Positions 29,558-39,159 of a DNA stretch of 64,000 bases are shown here, in pieces. How positions within the stretch are numbered: position 1 is the stretch's first letter; the number at the start of each line of letters is the position of its first letter. The stretch covers positions 96,001 to 160,000 of the forward strand of contig CAWFQB010000003.1 in assembly GCA_963817895.1 (NCBI GenBank), written 5' to 3'. Position numbers and translations under genes: made by a program. The notes beneath the pieces are model-generated. The model did not search any database. It worked only from the letters and a program-made list of their open reading frames with translations, and was not told the origin of the DNA. The stretch comes from an uncultured Chthonomonadaceae bacterium. Lineage in GTDB: Bacteria > Armatimonadota > Chthonomonadetes > Chthonomonadales > Chthonomonadaceae.

Positions 29558-30154
29558 TCATTTTTGAAACGGCGCAACCAATCGATCCGCTAACTCTATC
29601 CGTATTCCAGGACAGTGTTTCTGGATAAGTTGCGAGGAAATAGAGGAGATCGTCGGCTGTTCCTGCCGAAGCGCGAGTATCGCTCCACTATCGAAAGCCA
29701 ACAACTCCGAAACAAGCGTGGCGGCCTCGCGGTACGATGACATCTGAGTGGCAATGCTGATACCCAACCGCGTAGCGACATACTGCTCCTGAAAAACAAC
29801 GCACAGACCCTCCTCTAAAACAGTGGTTGCCACGGACAGGTTCGGTGATATCAGATGAACACATTCATGAGCAAGCTGCCATAGAGCCATGATCATGCTG
29901 CCCGCGTTTACCAGTTGCAGCTGAATCACAACGTGCTTTCGCCCGCCGGGAAACCATATTCTCGGCCCATCTGCGGCAAACTCGATGCCTAAAATGGTAT
30001 AAGACTGGTCTCGACAGCCGAATCGCGCTTCGACCATTACCAGCATGTCGCTGAGCCATGAAGCGAGCGTATAGGAGTATCCTGAGCGTTCTGCTAACGG
30101 TTCCGCTACGACCAGTTGCTTTGCAAGGGTGATGGTATTTTGCGTTTGCGACAT
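29558..30154 (-). CDS. HEXXH zinc-metallopeptidase-like hypothetical protein
   Basis: QLAHECVHL followed by EEG; SD AAAGGAG; lies in a lower-GC patch. Confidence 0.7.
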   Translation of the reverse strand: MSQTQNTITLAKQLVVAEPLAERSGYSYTLASWLSDMLVMVEARFGCRDQSYTILGIEFAADGPRIWFPGGRKHVVIQLQLVNAGSMIMALWQLAHECVHLISPNLSVATTVLEEGLCVVFQEQYVATRLGISIATQMSSYREAATLVSELLAFDSGAILALRQEQPTISSISSQLIQKHCPGIRIELADRLVAPFQK

Positions 30155-30285
30155 AAGTAAGTCTCCTTTTCGCCCTATGCTTACAAAGGCAATGGTGACA
30201 TCCCCCGTTTTAGTCCGGTGGAAATGTTAGTATCCTTACGCATTGCGCATGTTGAGGCAGGTTATTTTCCTGTTCTTTGTGCCAC

Positions 30286-30408
30286 CTAGTACACCATCAA
30301 GGTAGGATAGTTGGATGTGTCGTAGGGGTTCTGCTTGCTGAACCCTCCTTATACAAGGCGCAGCAAGCAACGCCCCTACCTAACTATCCTACCTTGACGG
30401 TGTACTAG
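30286..30408. mobile_element. CTAG-bounded MITE-like element enclosing a GTAG REP doublet
   Basis: Ends CTAGTACACC(A/G)TCAAGGTAGGATAGTT match 26/27 as inverted repeats; inner GTAGGGG..GCTTGCTG / CAGCAAGC..CCCCTAC. Confidence 0.7.
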
Positions 30409-30708
30409 CTCTGAATTCACCGAAGTTAAGTAGCTCAATACTTACATAGACGGATTCTTCATTATACTCTCTTCGCCAATTTCCGATTAGCACCTGCGCT
30501 TCGCTGAGGATGGCAAAGGGGTTCCATATAAGAACCCGTCGTGGAAGCGTCCATGAAAACTCTCGAAATCGTTTTACCAGGGACTTCCTTTCTCATTAGT
30601 ATATCATGTTCGCGCCAAAAGAATACGCAGAGTGCTGTAACCGACGGTACTCGCGCTCTGGTATAAGAAAAACTCGACCGTTCGGCACGTCCGGCGCGAA
30701 AAACCAGA

Positions 30709-30930
30709 GTGGTCACAGACACGTACAGTTACGATTCCCATGACAAGCTGACGGGCATAACGGGAGGCATGAACAAGACGTATGGCTACGACAGCAACGG
30801 CAACTGCACCTCCGTTACTGTCGGCAGCGCGGTTACGACTGTCGCCTACGATGTCGAGAACCGCGTCACGCAGATCACGTATCCGAGCAGCGCGGTCAAT
30901 ACGTTCGCGTACAACGGCGAAGACTTGCGC
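30709..30930 (+). pseudogene. Orphan Rhs core fragment
   Basis: Near-identical copy of 28309-28527 (VTDTYSYD...YNGEDLR), truncated before the Rhs core signature. Confidence 0.88.
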
Positions 30931-30946
30931 TACGCGTGCTTATGGC

Positions 30947-32167
30947 TCACCGCATGGAACTTTGCAGCGTTTGGAGGTCGGTTTCGGGAAGGTGGCCTGT
31001 GTAGAGGAGGGTCAGGTCGCCTTCGGGAACGGTTTCGCGCCAGGCCCAGCCGCCGGGGACTCGGCGCGGGCGCATCTGGCCGGGACGCGCCGGTTTGGCG
31101 GCGTTGGCGGGCGCGAGCGTCTCGAACAGGCTGAAATGGTTGACGCCGCTCGAATAGCGCAGCAGCACGGACGCGCGGTTGGCCCGAAGGTTCTGCGCGA
31201 ATACCCACACGCCGTCCAGTATGTAGCCGGGCGGAAGCTGCTTCGGCTCCCGAACGGTAAACGGAACCTGACTCCGCGCCTGCTCCACACTCGTAAACAT
31301 CGGTTGCTCCTGCGGGAACAGCGGGAACGTGGTGGCCGGGGGCAATAAGCGCGGATCGAATTTTGTCGCGTCCGGGGTTGTTCCCACCGCAATGTTCTTC
31401 ATGTACGTGGAGGAAATCTGCCGTCCCGCGCTGTCGTAGCGATCCATGCGCAGCAGGATTCCCGTCTCTTTATCCAGATACACGACCTTCCGCGCCTCGT
31501 CCGTTGCCCCGGTCAGCGCGGTCACGGTGACAATATTCGCGCTTCGGCCCGCAACCATCTCCTCACCCGTAACCTGAATACGGACGCGGCCCGTTTTTGC
31601 CATTGCCCGCAGGCGCGCGTTTTTGTCGCCTTGCTCTACCGGCCAGTGCGCGGCGAATAGCTGCCGGTCGCGATTGTGGAACTGATAGGATTGGTTCGGC
31701 AGGGTCAGAACCACGTCGCCCCTGATCGTTTCGGGGGAAAGATATTCGCGCCGCGTTCGCCCGGTCGTGTCACCCGTAATCATCTCTTCCGAAGCCGAGC
31801 CGTTCATGCTGGCGTTCGAAACCTCCACGCCCTCGTAATTGACGCCGGGACGAAACATCTTCCCCAGCATTTGCAGAGCGGTCGGGTCAATGTTCCCCTG
31901 CATCTTGATTCGCGCTCCGCCGCCGGGGAACGCCCCCACAGCGCGATTTGGTCGCGCCGGGGCCGGAGTTGGGGTTTGTGACTGCATGGGAGCGGCCCGC
32001 TGTAGACGAACGGACGCGCCACGCCGCTTGTTCCGACGAACCTGCTGCTGCGCCTGCGCGGACAAAACGGGCAGGCTTATCAGCAAGCCGCCCGCCAATG
32101 CCGCCATGAGGCAGGAACCAATATGGAATTGTCGTACTCCAAAGCCGCTCAAAACGCTAACTCCCAT
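30947..32167 (-). CDS. MucB/RseB-like (LolA-fold) periplasmic sigma regulator
   Basis: Signal peptide; GEEMVAGR and YLDKETGILLR; directly downstream of the anti-sigma gene. Confidence 0.75.
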   Translation of the reverse strand: MGVSVLSGFGVRQFHIGSCLMAALAGGLLISLPVLSAQAQQQVRRNKRRGASVRLQRAAPMQSQTPTPAPARPNRAVGAFPGGGARIKMQGNIDPTALQMLGKMFRPGVNYEGVEVSNASMNGSASEEMITGDTTGRTRREYLSPETIRGDVVLTLPNQSYQFHNRDRQLFAAHWPVEQGDKNARLRAMAKTGRVRIQVTGEEMVAGRSANIVTVTALTGATDEARKVVYLDKETGILLRMDRYDSAGRQISSTYMKNIAVGTTPDATKFDPRLLPPATTFPLFPQEQPMFTSVEQARSQVPFTVREPKQLPPGYILDGVWVFAQNLRANRASVLLRYSSGVNHFSLFETLAPANAAKPARPGQMRPRRVPGGWAWRETVPEGDLTLLYTGHLPETDLQTLQSSMR

Positions 32168-32807
32168 TCGTCTCTCTGGTGTTCATTTCCCGGTTATTGG
32201 TTTCTCTGGCATCGTTCTCTTTGCCGCTGTCCGCGCTTTCCAGATACTCCGCGGCCACATCGCCCAACGGGTCATTGGCCGTAAGCGCGACATTGCGCTG
32301 CAAACTCTCGTGAACCGCGCTGCCCACACCGGTCGAGGAAGCCGGAACCGAAACAGTCAGGGGCGCATTCTGTCCGACCGGGGCGGGCAGATGCGTAAAC
32401 ACCGCAAACGCGGCAATCCCCGCAGCGGCCATGCCAAGCCCGAAACCCGGTACGCGCCGGAGAGTGAAACCCGCCCGTAAGTTCGCGGCAGCGTCCCGCA
32501 TCCAGTCGGCAAGCGAGTTCCGCCGCGCGGGTTCCGGCTCCAGCCCGTCCAGACGCGCATGGAGTTTCGCCATAAAGTCGTCGCTCGTATCCAGCCGCTC
32601 GACGCTGTGCAGCAATTGAACGGTCGCCTGCATCTGCCGCGACACTTCGGCGCAGTCCGGGCAGGCGGTAAGATGCTTTTCCACGTCCCACACACTGCGG
32701 GCGGAGAGCGTATTATCCTGATACGCGGAAAGCTGCTCGCGCGTCGCATGGCACACCGCGCTTTCGGTATCGCTATGTTTTTGAGATTGGCTTGTAAACA
32801 GTTTCAT
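32157..32807 (-). CDS. Zinc-finger (zf-HC2) transmembrane anti-sigma factor
   Basis: C..TREQLSAYQD and HLTACPDC (HxxxCxxC); one TM helix. Confidence 0.88.
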   Translation of the reverse strand: MKLFTSQSQKHSDTESAVCHATREQLSAYQDNTLSARSVWDVEKHLTACPDCAEVSRQMQATVQLLHSVERLDTSDDFMAKLHARLDGLEPEPARRNSLADWMRDAAANLRAGFTLRRVPGFGLGMAAAGIAAFAVFTHLPAPVGQNAPLTVSVPASSTGVGSAVHESLQRNVALTANDPLGDVAAEYLESADSGKENDARETNNREMNTRETNGS

Positions 32808-32923
32808 GATGTTACCAGTTAAGACAGGTTGTTAGGTTGTTAGTTATCAGGTTGTTAGGTTTACAGGTGGTTAGGCTTCTGCTTTCCATCCTAATATCTA
32901 TTATCTAATATCTAATATCTTCC

Positions 32924-33526
32924 TCACGCCGCGCCTTTGAGATAGGGCGACAGCCGGGTACGCAGAGTATTGCGGGCGTTGAACAGGCGGGACTTCACGG
33001 TTCCCAGCGGGCAAGCGACAATCGCCGCGATCTCTTCATACGCCAAACCCTCGATGTCGTACAACAATACGACGGTACGCAGTTTTTCCGGCAGTTCGCG
33101 CAGGGCGGTTTCCAACTGCGTACCCAATTCTTTGTTCAGCAACAGGCGCTGCGGGTCGAACGCCACATCGGGAATGTCGCGCTGCGTCTCGTCCTCGTCG
33201 TCATTCTCCTGCGACAGCGAGGTGGTCATCCCCTGCGCCTTTTTGTTGCGGCGGCTGTAATCAATGCACTGGTTGGTGGCGATGCGAAACAGCCACGTAT
33301 TCAGGCTGGCGCGCGATTGAAACGAGTGTATGCTTACATACGCGCGAACAAAGGTTTCCTGCGTCAAATCTTCCGCGTCGGACGCGCTGGCAACCATGCG
33401 GTGAATATAATTATACACTTTGCTTTTGTAGCGCAGGACGATCTCATTGAAGGCGGCCCGGTCGTTCGCCTGGGCGCGCTGCACAAGGGCAAAGTCCGCC
33501 TGCATAATGTTCCCCACAGCAAACAT
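32924..33526 (-). CDS. ECF RNA polymerase sigma factor (RpoE/SigW-like)
   Basis: DAEDLTQETF, TWLFRIATN and YEEIA...GTVKSRLFNAR. Confidence 0.94.
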   Translation of the reverse strand: MFAVGNIMQADFALVQRAQANDRAAFNEIVLRYKSKVYNYIHRMVASASDAEDLTQETFVRAYVSIHSFQSRASLNTWLFRIATNQCIDYSRRNKKAQGMTTSLSQENDDEDETQRDIPDVAFDPQRLLLNKELGTQLETALRELPEKLRTVVLLYDIEGLAYEEIAAIVACPLGTVKSRLFNARNTLRTRLSPYLKGAA

Positions 33527-33736
33527 GGTTTTCTCCACAGATTTTTGACAATCGCTGTTCGGCAATGTTCCCCCAACTGTGGAAACACGAACGAAACAAC
33601 ATTTTCTCCATGCTTGCAGACGCATACAGTTCTCAATTGTTCATTTTCCGCCATCCGCTTTGAAAACAAACTGTTTTCAAAGCAGTCTCTTCTGCCTGAA
33701 CGCAATGGCGGCTGTAAATAATCCTCATATTCGCGT

Positions 33737-34777
33737 TCATTCGCGTTCATTCGCGGCCATATCCATTCTGACGGGATTTGGAACAGAATCATGTTGCCTG
33801 CTGGCGGCTTCAATTTGCGCGTAGGTTCCGGTTTGCAGGCCGAGGGCTTCGATGCGGGCGCGAACAGCAGGCGACAGCAGGGTATGTAGTTCTACGTCGC
33901 GCATATTGTCGCGCTGCAAGTCGGCAGGCAGGGCGCGGGCATGAATTGTGCCGGGATGGAAATAGATTTCGTTAGTAAGACAATGCAGGCGGTTCAGCAG
34001 TTCCAGCGTATACGCCTCATGCATGTTGCCGGTTTGCAGTTGTCCGTACACGCGACCGCACATAAACGCAGGCTTGCCGCCCAACGTCTGCCGCTCCGCC
34101 AACACCCGCAAATTCCGCCGCCGCAACGCCCGCAAAAACAGTGAAGACACGGTATTCATACTGAAACCCTCGAGGCGATTTTCGATTTTCGATTTTCGAT
34201 TTTCGATTGGGAACGTACTTGTATTTCGTATCTCCTCTTCTCCTCTTCTCCTTTTCTCCTTTTCTTCCCTTCCCTGCTTGAAATGCGCGCGTGTGTCTTC
34301 ACGAGGGACGCGCAGGCGGTGAACGTTATACGTGTCGCAGAGATCGAGCAGCGTGTCCCAAACGGTGGGGTGCAAATGAAAATGCTGGTGACCGTCTACA
34401 TGTGACCATTCCAGGCCGAACTGCGCGAAGCGGGCGAATTGCGCCGCCATTTCCTGCTTCATCTGCGCCTGCGCTTTTTTATTATAATAGTACAGCATGG
34501 CGACGCGAAACGGGTCCGCGCCGAACTTGCCTTCGCCATTCACAATCAGGGGAATATCACGGGATGGCAGCAGGGCATGATCGTAAGATACGACCAGATG
34601 CAGGCCGACGCCAAGCGTGGGAGTTTGCCGCGCGATTTTGACCGCCTGTTCGCAGCCGGGTTCCGCAACCATCAGGCTCGCGCTTGTCAGGATGCCTTCC
34701 CGATGCGCCCTCAAAATAGCCGCATTGACCTCCTCCGAATACCCGAAATCATCCGCATTGACAATCAAATACCGCAT
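33737..34777 (-). CDS. ChbG/YdjC/HpnK-family deacetylase
   Basis: IVNADDFG, GVGLHL, HVDGHQHFHLHP and EIYFHPG. Confidence 0.9.
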   Translation of the reverse strand: MRYLIVNADDFGYSEEVNAAILRAHREGILTSASLMVAEPGCEQAVKIARQTPTLGVGLHLVVSYDHALLPSRDIPLIVNGEGKFGADPFRVAMLYYYNKKAQAQMKQEMAAQFARFAQFGLEWSHVDGHQHFHLHPTVWDTLLDLCDTYNVHRLRVPREDTRAHFKQGREEKEKRRRGEEEIRNTSTFPIENRKSKIENRLEGFSMNTVSSLFLRALRRRNLRVLAERQTLGGKPAFMCGRVYGQLQTGNMHEAYTLELLNRLHCLTNEIYFHPGTIHARALPADLQRDNMRDVELHTLLSPAVRARIEALGLQTGTYAQIEAASRQHDSVPNPVRMDMAANERE

Positions 34778-34850
34778 AAGCGCTGTTCGTCCTGAATACA
34801 TGTGCCGGGTTGCAAGTTCCCCTTCTCCCAGGCTTTTTTGGGAGAAGGGG

Positions 34851-35156
34851 TCAGGGGTTGAGGGCTACTTTTACAGCGGCTCCCGCGCCCACTACGGTTG
34901 TCCACTCGCGTACCCGCCATTGCGTCACCAGTCCGTTGAGAACATAAGGGTCGGCGCGGGCAAAGTTGGCGGCCACATCGGGCGAAGAACCCTGAAACAG
35001 CAGCAACGCGCCGTCTATGGGATTGGCGAACGCGCCGCCCAATAACATTTCGCCGCGCTCTACTGAAGCCCGCGCGTGGGCAAGATGCGCGGCGCGAAAC
35101 GCCTGCCGCCGCTCGGCATAGTCTTCTACAACCTCATAAAACAACAGGTAGTGCAT
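34851..35156 (-). CDS. YciI-family protein
   Basis: RQAFRAAHL, LGGA and FARADPYV. Confidence 0.9.
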   Translation of the reverse strand: MHYLLFYEVVEDYAERRQAFRAAHLAHARASVERGEMLLGGAFANPIDGALLLFQGSSPDVAANFARADPYVLNGLVTQWRVREWTTVVGAGAAVKVALNP

Positions 35157-35187
35157 AGCGCAAGCCTCCTCATTTCGCCCGTGCCGT

Positions 35188-36386
35188 TTACGGGTTTGCT
35201 TTGCCGAACTGTTCCTTTGCCGCGTTTTGAAACACCCCGCCGCTCTGGTCGCCGTTCTTGGGGAACCCGGCGTGCTGCACCATCCAGATCATAATCAGGC
35301 CGCGTTTGGCGTCAATGGTCATGTTGGTCGAGTACGCGCCGCCATGCCCGTACCAATCGCCGCCTGTTGCCCATCCCAACCCGTAGCCGTCGGGAAGGTC
35401 GCCGGTCTGCTTGCGCGTCATCTCGTGTACAGACGCTTCGGAAAGATAGCGTTTGCCGTCCAATTCGCCTTTGTTCAGTATCATCCGGCAGAAATGCGCG
35501 AGGTCGGCGGCGGTAGAAAACAGGCCGCCCGCAGGCATGGGATAGCGCGTGGATTTGTCATTGAGCGGATATTGCAACTGTCGCCACTGTGGTCTCTTCC
35601 AGATCGGTTTTATCCCCGTTGGGCTTATACGATTTTGCCAGCCGGGGCAGTTGCGCTTTCGTGGGCCAGAACGTCGTGTCCTTCATGCCGAGCGGGTCGA
35701 ACAGGCGCGTTTGCAGGAATTGCTCATAAGGCATGCCGCTCAACACTTCGATGATTCGCCCCGCCGTGTTGATGCCCGCATTGGCGTACTGGTATTTCGT
35801 GCCGGGCTCGTATTGCAGGGGCGACATGGCGTAGCTGCGCACAGCCGTTTGCAGCGGCAGTCCGTCGAGCGTGGGGTTTTCCATCGGGGACGAGAACGGC
35901 AGGCCGCTGGTATGGCTGAGAATTTCGCGTACGGTAATGGGATGCGCGGGAGGCGTCAACTTCTGGTGCGCTCTATCCTGCTCCGCGATCAGCCATTGCC
36001 CCCGAAACTCCGGCAGATATTTTTCGACGGGATCGTTCAGGTTCAGTTTGCCCTCGTCCACAAGCATCATCAGCGCGGTTGCGGTAATCGGCTTCGACTG
36101 CGACGCGATCCAGAACAGCGCGTTCGGCTTTCATCGGCTTGCCGCCCGCAATATCCGCGTACCCAACCGCTTCCACATCCAGAACTTTGTCCTTATCCGC
36201 AACCAGCGCGACCGCGCCCGCCAGCGCGTGACTATCCACGAACGGCTGCAAAGCGGAAGCAATCTTGCGCGTTGAATTTGTGGAAACAGCGGGAGAAGTC
36301 TGCGCGGAAGCAGGCAACGCGGCAAAACCAAGCGCGGCGATCAGCAGCGCGAGAGGAAGACAGCAAAACAGGTTTGTCGTCAGCAT
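35188..36386 (-). CDS. Exported beta-lactamase-family serine hydrolase (two frameshifts)
   Basis: FWIASQSK (SxxK), LSHTSG, YQYAN (YxN), AGGLFST and GHGGA distributed over three ORF pieces. Confidence 0.85.
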
Positions 36387-36417
36387 AATTTTTATAGTTT
36401 ACCTTCCTCAAATCATT

Positions 36418-37672
36418 GGTAGCACCGCATTAAACGGTGAAAAGTAGGGTTGCGGCGCAACAGGGTGGGTGAATGCGCAAGTGGGTTCGGCTGCTTCGTA
36501 GAGTTGGTTACCACACCAAAACTCACGGAGGTCGCCATGAACCCACAACCCCTATTCTGCCTTAATCTGGCCTGTTCGTCAAGAGGCTTGCAAAATGCAG
36601 GCAACATCATCGTTCACGACAGTCTGCGCGACCGCTTTCGCTGCAAGACCTGCGGACACACCTTTAGCGCCAGCAAAGGAACCCTGTTCTACCGGCTGCG
36701 CACCGACCCCAAGATCGTCATCTGTGTGCTGACACTTCTCGCCTGTGGGTGTCCGCTTCCTGCCATTGTCCGCGCTTTCGGCTTTGACGAGCGAACCGTC
36801 ACGAACTGGCAGCACAAAGCGGGGCAACATTGTGAAGCCGTCCACACGCATCTGGTGACAGGACACGCGCGCGACTTGCAGCAGGTGCAAGCCGATGAGG
36901 TTCGCGTCAAGCTGCAAGCGCGTCTGGTGATCTGGATGGCGATGGCAATCTGCGTTCCCTCGCGCTTGTGGCTGGGCGGGGTTCTCTCGCCGCACCGAGA
37001 CAAACGCCTGATTGTCCGTCTGGTCGCTGTGGTCAAAGCCTGTGCGCAACACGCGCCCTTGCTGCTGATGAGCGATGGCTTGAGCAGTTATGTTCCGGCC
37101 TGGTGCCACGCCTTCCGCGAGGCGGTTCGTACCGGCAAGGTAGGTTGCCCGCGTTTACAGACGTGGCCGCATCTGGTAATCGGGCAAGTGGTCAAGCAGT
37201 ACGAACGTGGGCGCGTGATTGGCGTCGCGCAACGTCTGATACACGGCACGGTGGATCAACTGCAAGGCTTGCAGCCCGACGAACACAAACTCAACACGGC
37301 CTATATCGAACGGCTCAATGCGACCTTCCGGCAACGGCTGTGTTGCTTGACACGGCGCGGTCGGTGTTTAGTTCGCCACGAAGCCACATTGCAGGCGGGC
37401 ATGTACTTGCTCGGTTGCGTGTACAACTTCTGTACGTTTCACAAGAGCCTGCGCCAGGAGCAGGGCAAAGGTTCGGGCAAGTGGCAACAGCGTACTCCGG
37501 CGATGGCCGCGGGGATCACGCAAGAGTGCTGGAGCGTGACCGATTTGTTCGCCTACCGAGTACCGCCTGCGCCGTTTGTTGCCAGAAAGCGGCGGGGCCG
37601 CCCACCGGGAAGCGGCAAGAAAACGGCGCAAACGAGCGCACAAGCATAATCACACTTAACTGTGGGGCTACC
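36418..37672 (+). mobile_element. Complete IS1-family-like insertion sequence (1255 bp)
   Basis: Imperfect TIRs GGTAGCACCGCATTAA / GGTAGCCCCACAGTTAA; 8-bp direct repeat AAATCATT at 36410-36417 and 37673-37680. Confidence 0.9.
36537..37649 (+). CDS. IS1-like DDE transposase
   Basis: Zinc ribbon (FCLN..C, RCKTC), HTH, QADE, SDG, NTAYIERLNATFR, YNF and RTPAMAAG. Confidence 0.88.
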   Translation: MNPQPLFCLNLACSSRGLQNAGNIIVHDSLRDRFRCKTCGHTFSASKGTLFYRLRTDPKIVICVLTLLACGCPLPAIVRAFGFDERTVTNWQHKAGQHCEAVHTHLVTGHARDLQQVQADEVRVKLQARLVIWMAMAICVPSRLWLGGVLSPHRDKRLIVRLVAVVKACAQHAPLLLMSDGLSSYVPAWCHAFREAVRTGKVGCPRLQTWPHLVIGQVVKQYERGRVIGVAQRLIHGTVDQLQGLQPDEHKLNTAYIERLNATFRQRLCCLTRRGRCLVRHEATLQAGMYLLGCVYNFCTFHKSLRQEQGKGSGKWQQRTPAMAAGITQECWSVTDLFAYRVPPAPFVARKRRGRPPGSGKKTAQTSAQA

Positions 37673-37837
37673 AAATCATTGTTCGCCTGTATAAAAGTAA
37701 CCAAGCGAACCGCGCATTGTGAAACCGTTCGCGCGTTGGAACCGTCTCGTCAGGCAACATGTCACCTTTGCATTGTTCGTGAATGGCGGCGTATCTCCCT
37801 GCTAGAATACGTCGCCAATGGAGAAAGTCACACTACT

Positions 37838-39073
37838 ATGAACAACACGCGCCGCCGCAACAAACCGTTTCTTAACGTCGTCCGGTTCTCGCGTTCTTTC
37901 CTGAGCGCGGGAACCCTGATGCTGACGATGGGCGCTCTGCTGGCGTTCGCGCCTCACCGGGCCAACGCCGACACCGTTTTTCTGGACACGTTTGAAACTG
38001 ATTCCGCCGGATGGATGGGCTACGGCCCCCATGCGCGAGTAGGCACAACCAACGAAGCCGGTAAAGTGAAAAACGGCAAAAGCGCCCTTGCCTTCAATTA
38101 CCGCATTGAGAACGGCGGCGGGGCAGCCGAACCGGGTCAACCCCCGATTGACGCGCTTGTACGCTCGGTTCCCGACGGGCAACTGGCGAAAGCCCGCGCC
38201 CTGAGTTTCTGGGCGCGAACCGACGCCAACACGCCGCTCGCCCTGACCCTGACGGAAAAGAACGGCGGCGGGCGCTATATGGCGCTCATCTGGCTGGCAA
38301 AAAACCAGTGGCAGCATGTGGTTGTCACGATGGAAGATTTTTATCTGACGGACGGCAAGGACGACCCTAAAGACCCTGACGGCAAGCTGGACATGGATCA
38401 GGTCGAAAGCGTCACTCTGCTCAGTCTCTACTCTTACATGGCGTTGAGCGTCAAGGAGAATCCCAGTAACGCCGCGCTGTTCCCCGCGCAAACCGGCGAA
38501 CATTCGCTTTGGATTGATGACTTCACCGCCCTGACGGCTGCGCCCCCTGCCGACAGGCCGGAACCCCCGCTTCCTGAAGAAAAAAGCGGCGTATGGCTCG
38601 AATCCCTGCGGCGCGACGCCCCGGCATGGCTTCCGCTCGGCAATGTGGACATGAAACTTGATCCCGCCGCGCCCACCAAAGGCCGCGCCCTGCGACTGGA
38701 TTACACGCAGGAGAAGGGCAAAATCGCCGCCATTGCCCACGACCTGCACAACCTCAACCTGACCCGCTGCAATCAGTTGCAGTTCGACATCGCTTCCGTA
38801 AAAGCTACCAAAATCATTCTGGTTCTGGAAGAGAAAAGCGGCGCGAAATACAACGCCATTGTGGACGTTCCCGCCGACAGCGCCCTCTCGCATAAAGCCG
38901 TATTTTTCATCAACTTCGTCCTGTCCGACGACTTGCCCCCGGACCCCAACGGCAAACTGGACCTCGATCAACTGAAATCGCTCACCATCGTAGACCTTGC
39001 CTCCTTCACCGCCGAAACCGCGCAGCCCAACACGCTCTGGCTTGGCCCGCTCCGCGCTTCACAGGGCAAGTAA
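37838..39073 (+). CDS. Exported protein with two tandem carbohydrate-binding-like (CBM11/CIA30-like) domains
   Basis: Signal peptide ANA/D; internal duplication DPDGKLDMDQV / DPNGKLDLDQL. Confidence 0.7.
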   Translation: MNNTRRRNKPFLNVVRFSRSFLSAGTLMLTMGALLAFAPHRANADTVFLDTFETDSAGWMGYGPHARVGTTNEAGKVKNGKSALAFNYRIENGGGAAEPGQPPIDALVRSVPDGQLAKARALSFWARTDANTPLALTLTEKNGGGRYMALIWLAKNQWQHVVVTMEDFYLTDGKDDPKDPDGKLDMDQVESVTLLSLYSYMALSVKENPSNAALFPAQTGEHSLWIDDFTALTAAPPADRPEPPLPEEKSGVWLESLRRDAPAWLPLGNVDMKLDPAAPTKGRALRLDYTQEKGKIAAIAHDLHNLNLTRCNQLQFDIASVKATKIILVLEEKSGAKYNAIVDVPADSALSHKAVFFINFVLSDDLPPDPNGKLDLDQLKSLTIVDLASFTAETAQPNTLWLGPLRASQGK

Positions 39074-39159
39074 GAAGGTTGTTAGTTGTTAGGTTGTTAG
39101 GTAAGTATGCCGCTCCACCATGAAGATTTAACCTGACAACTAACAACCTAACAACCTTC

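Noticed and set aside
35188..36386. Antibiotic-resistance beta-lactamase
   Set aside because: Motifs fit the broad serine-hydrolase/esterase family; nothing supports beta-lactam specificity
36968..37837. Apparent 701-aa transposase/CBM fusion ORF
   Set aside because: The 5' part is an off-frame read through the IS; the signal peptide and SD place the real start at 37838
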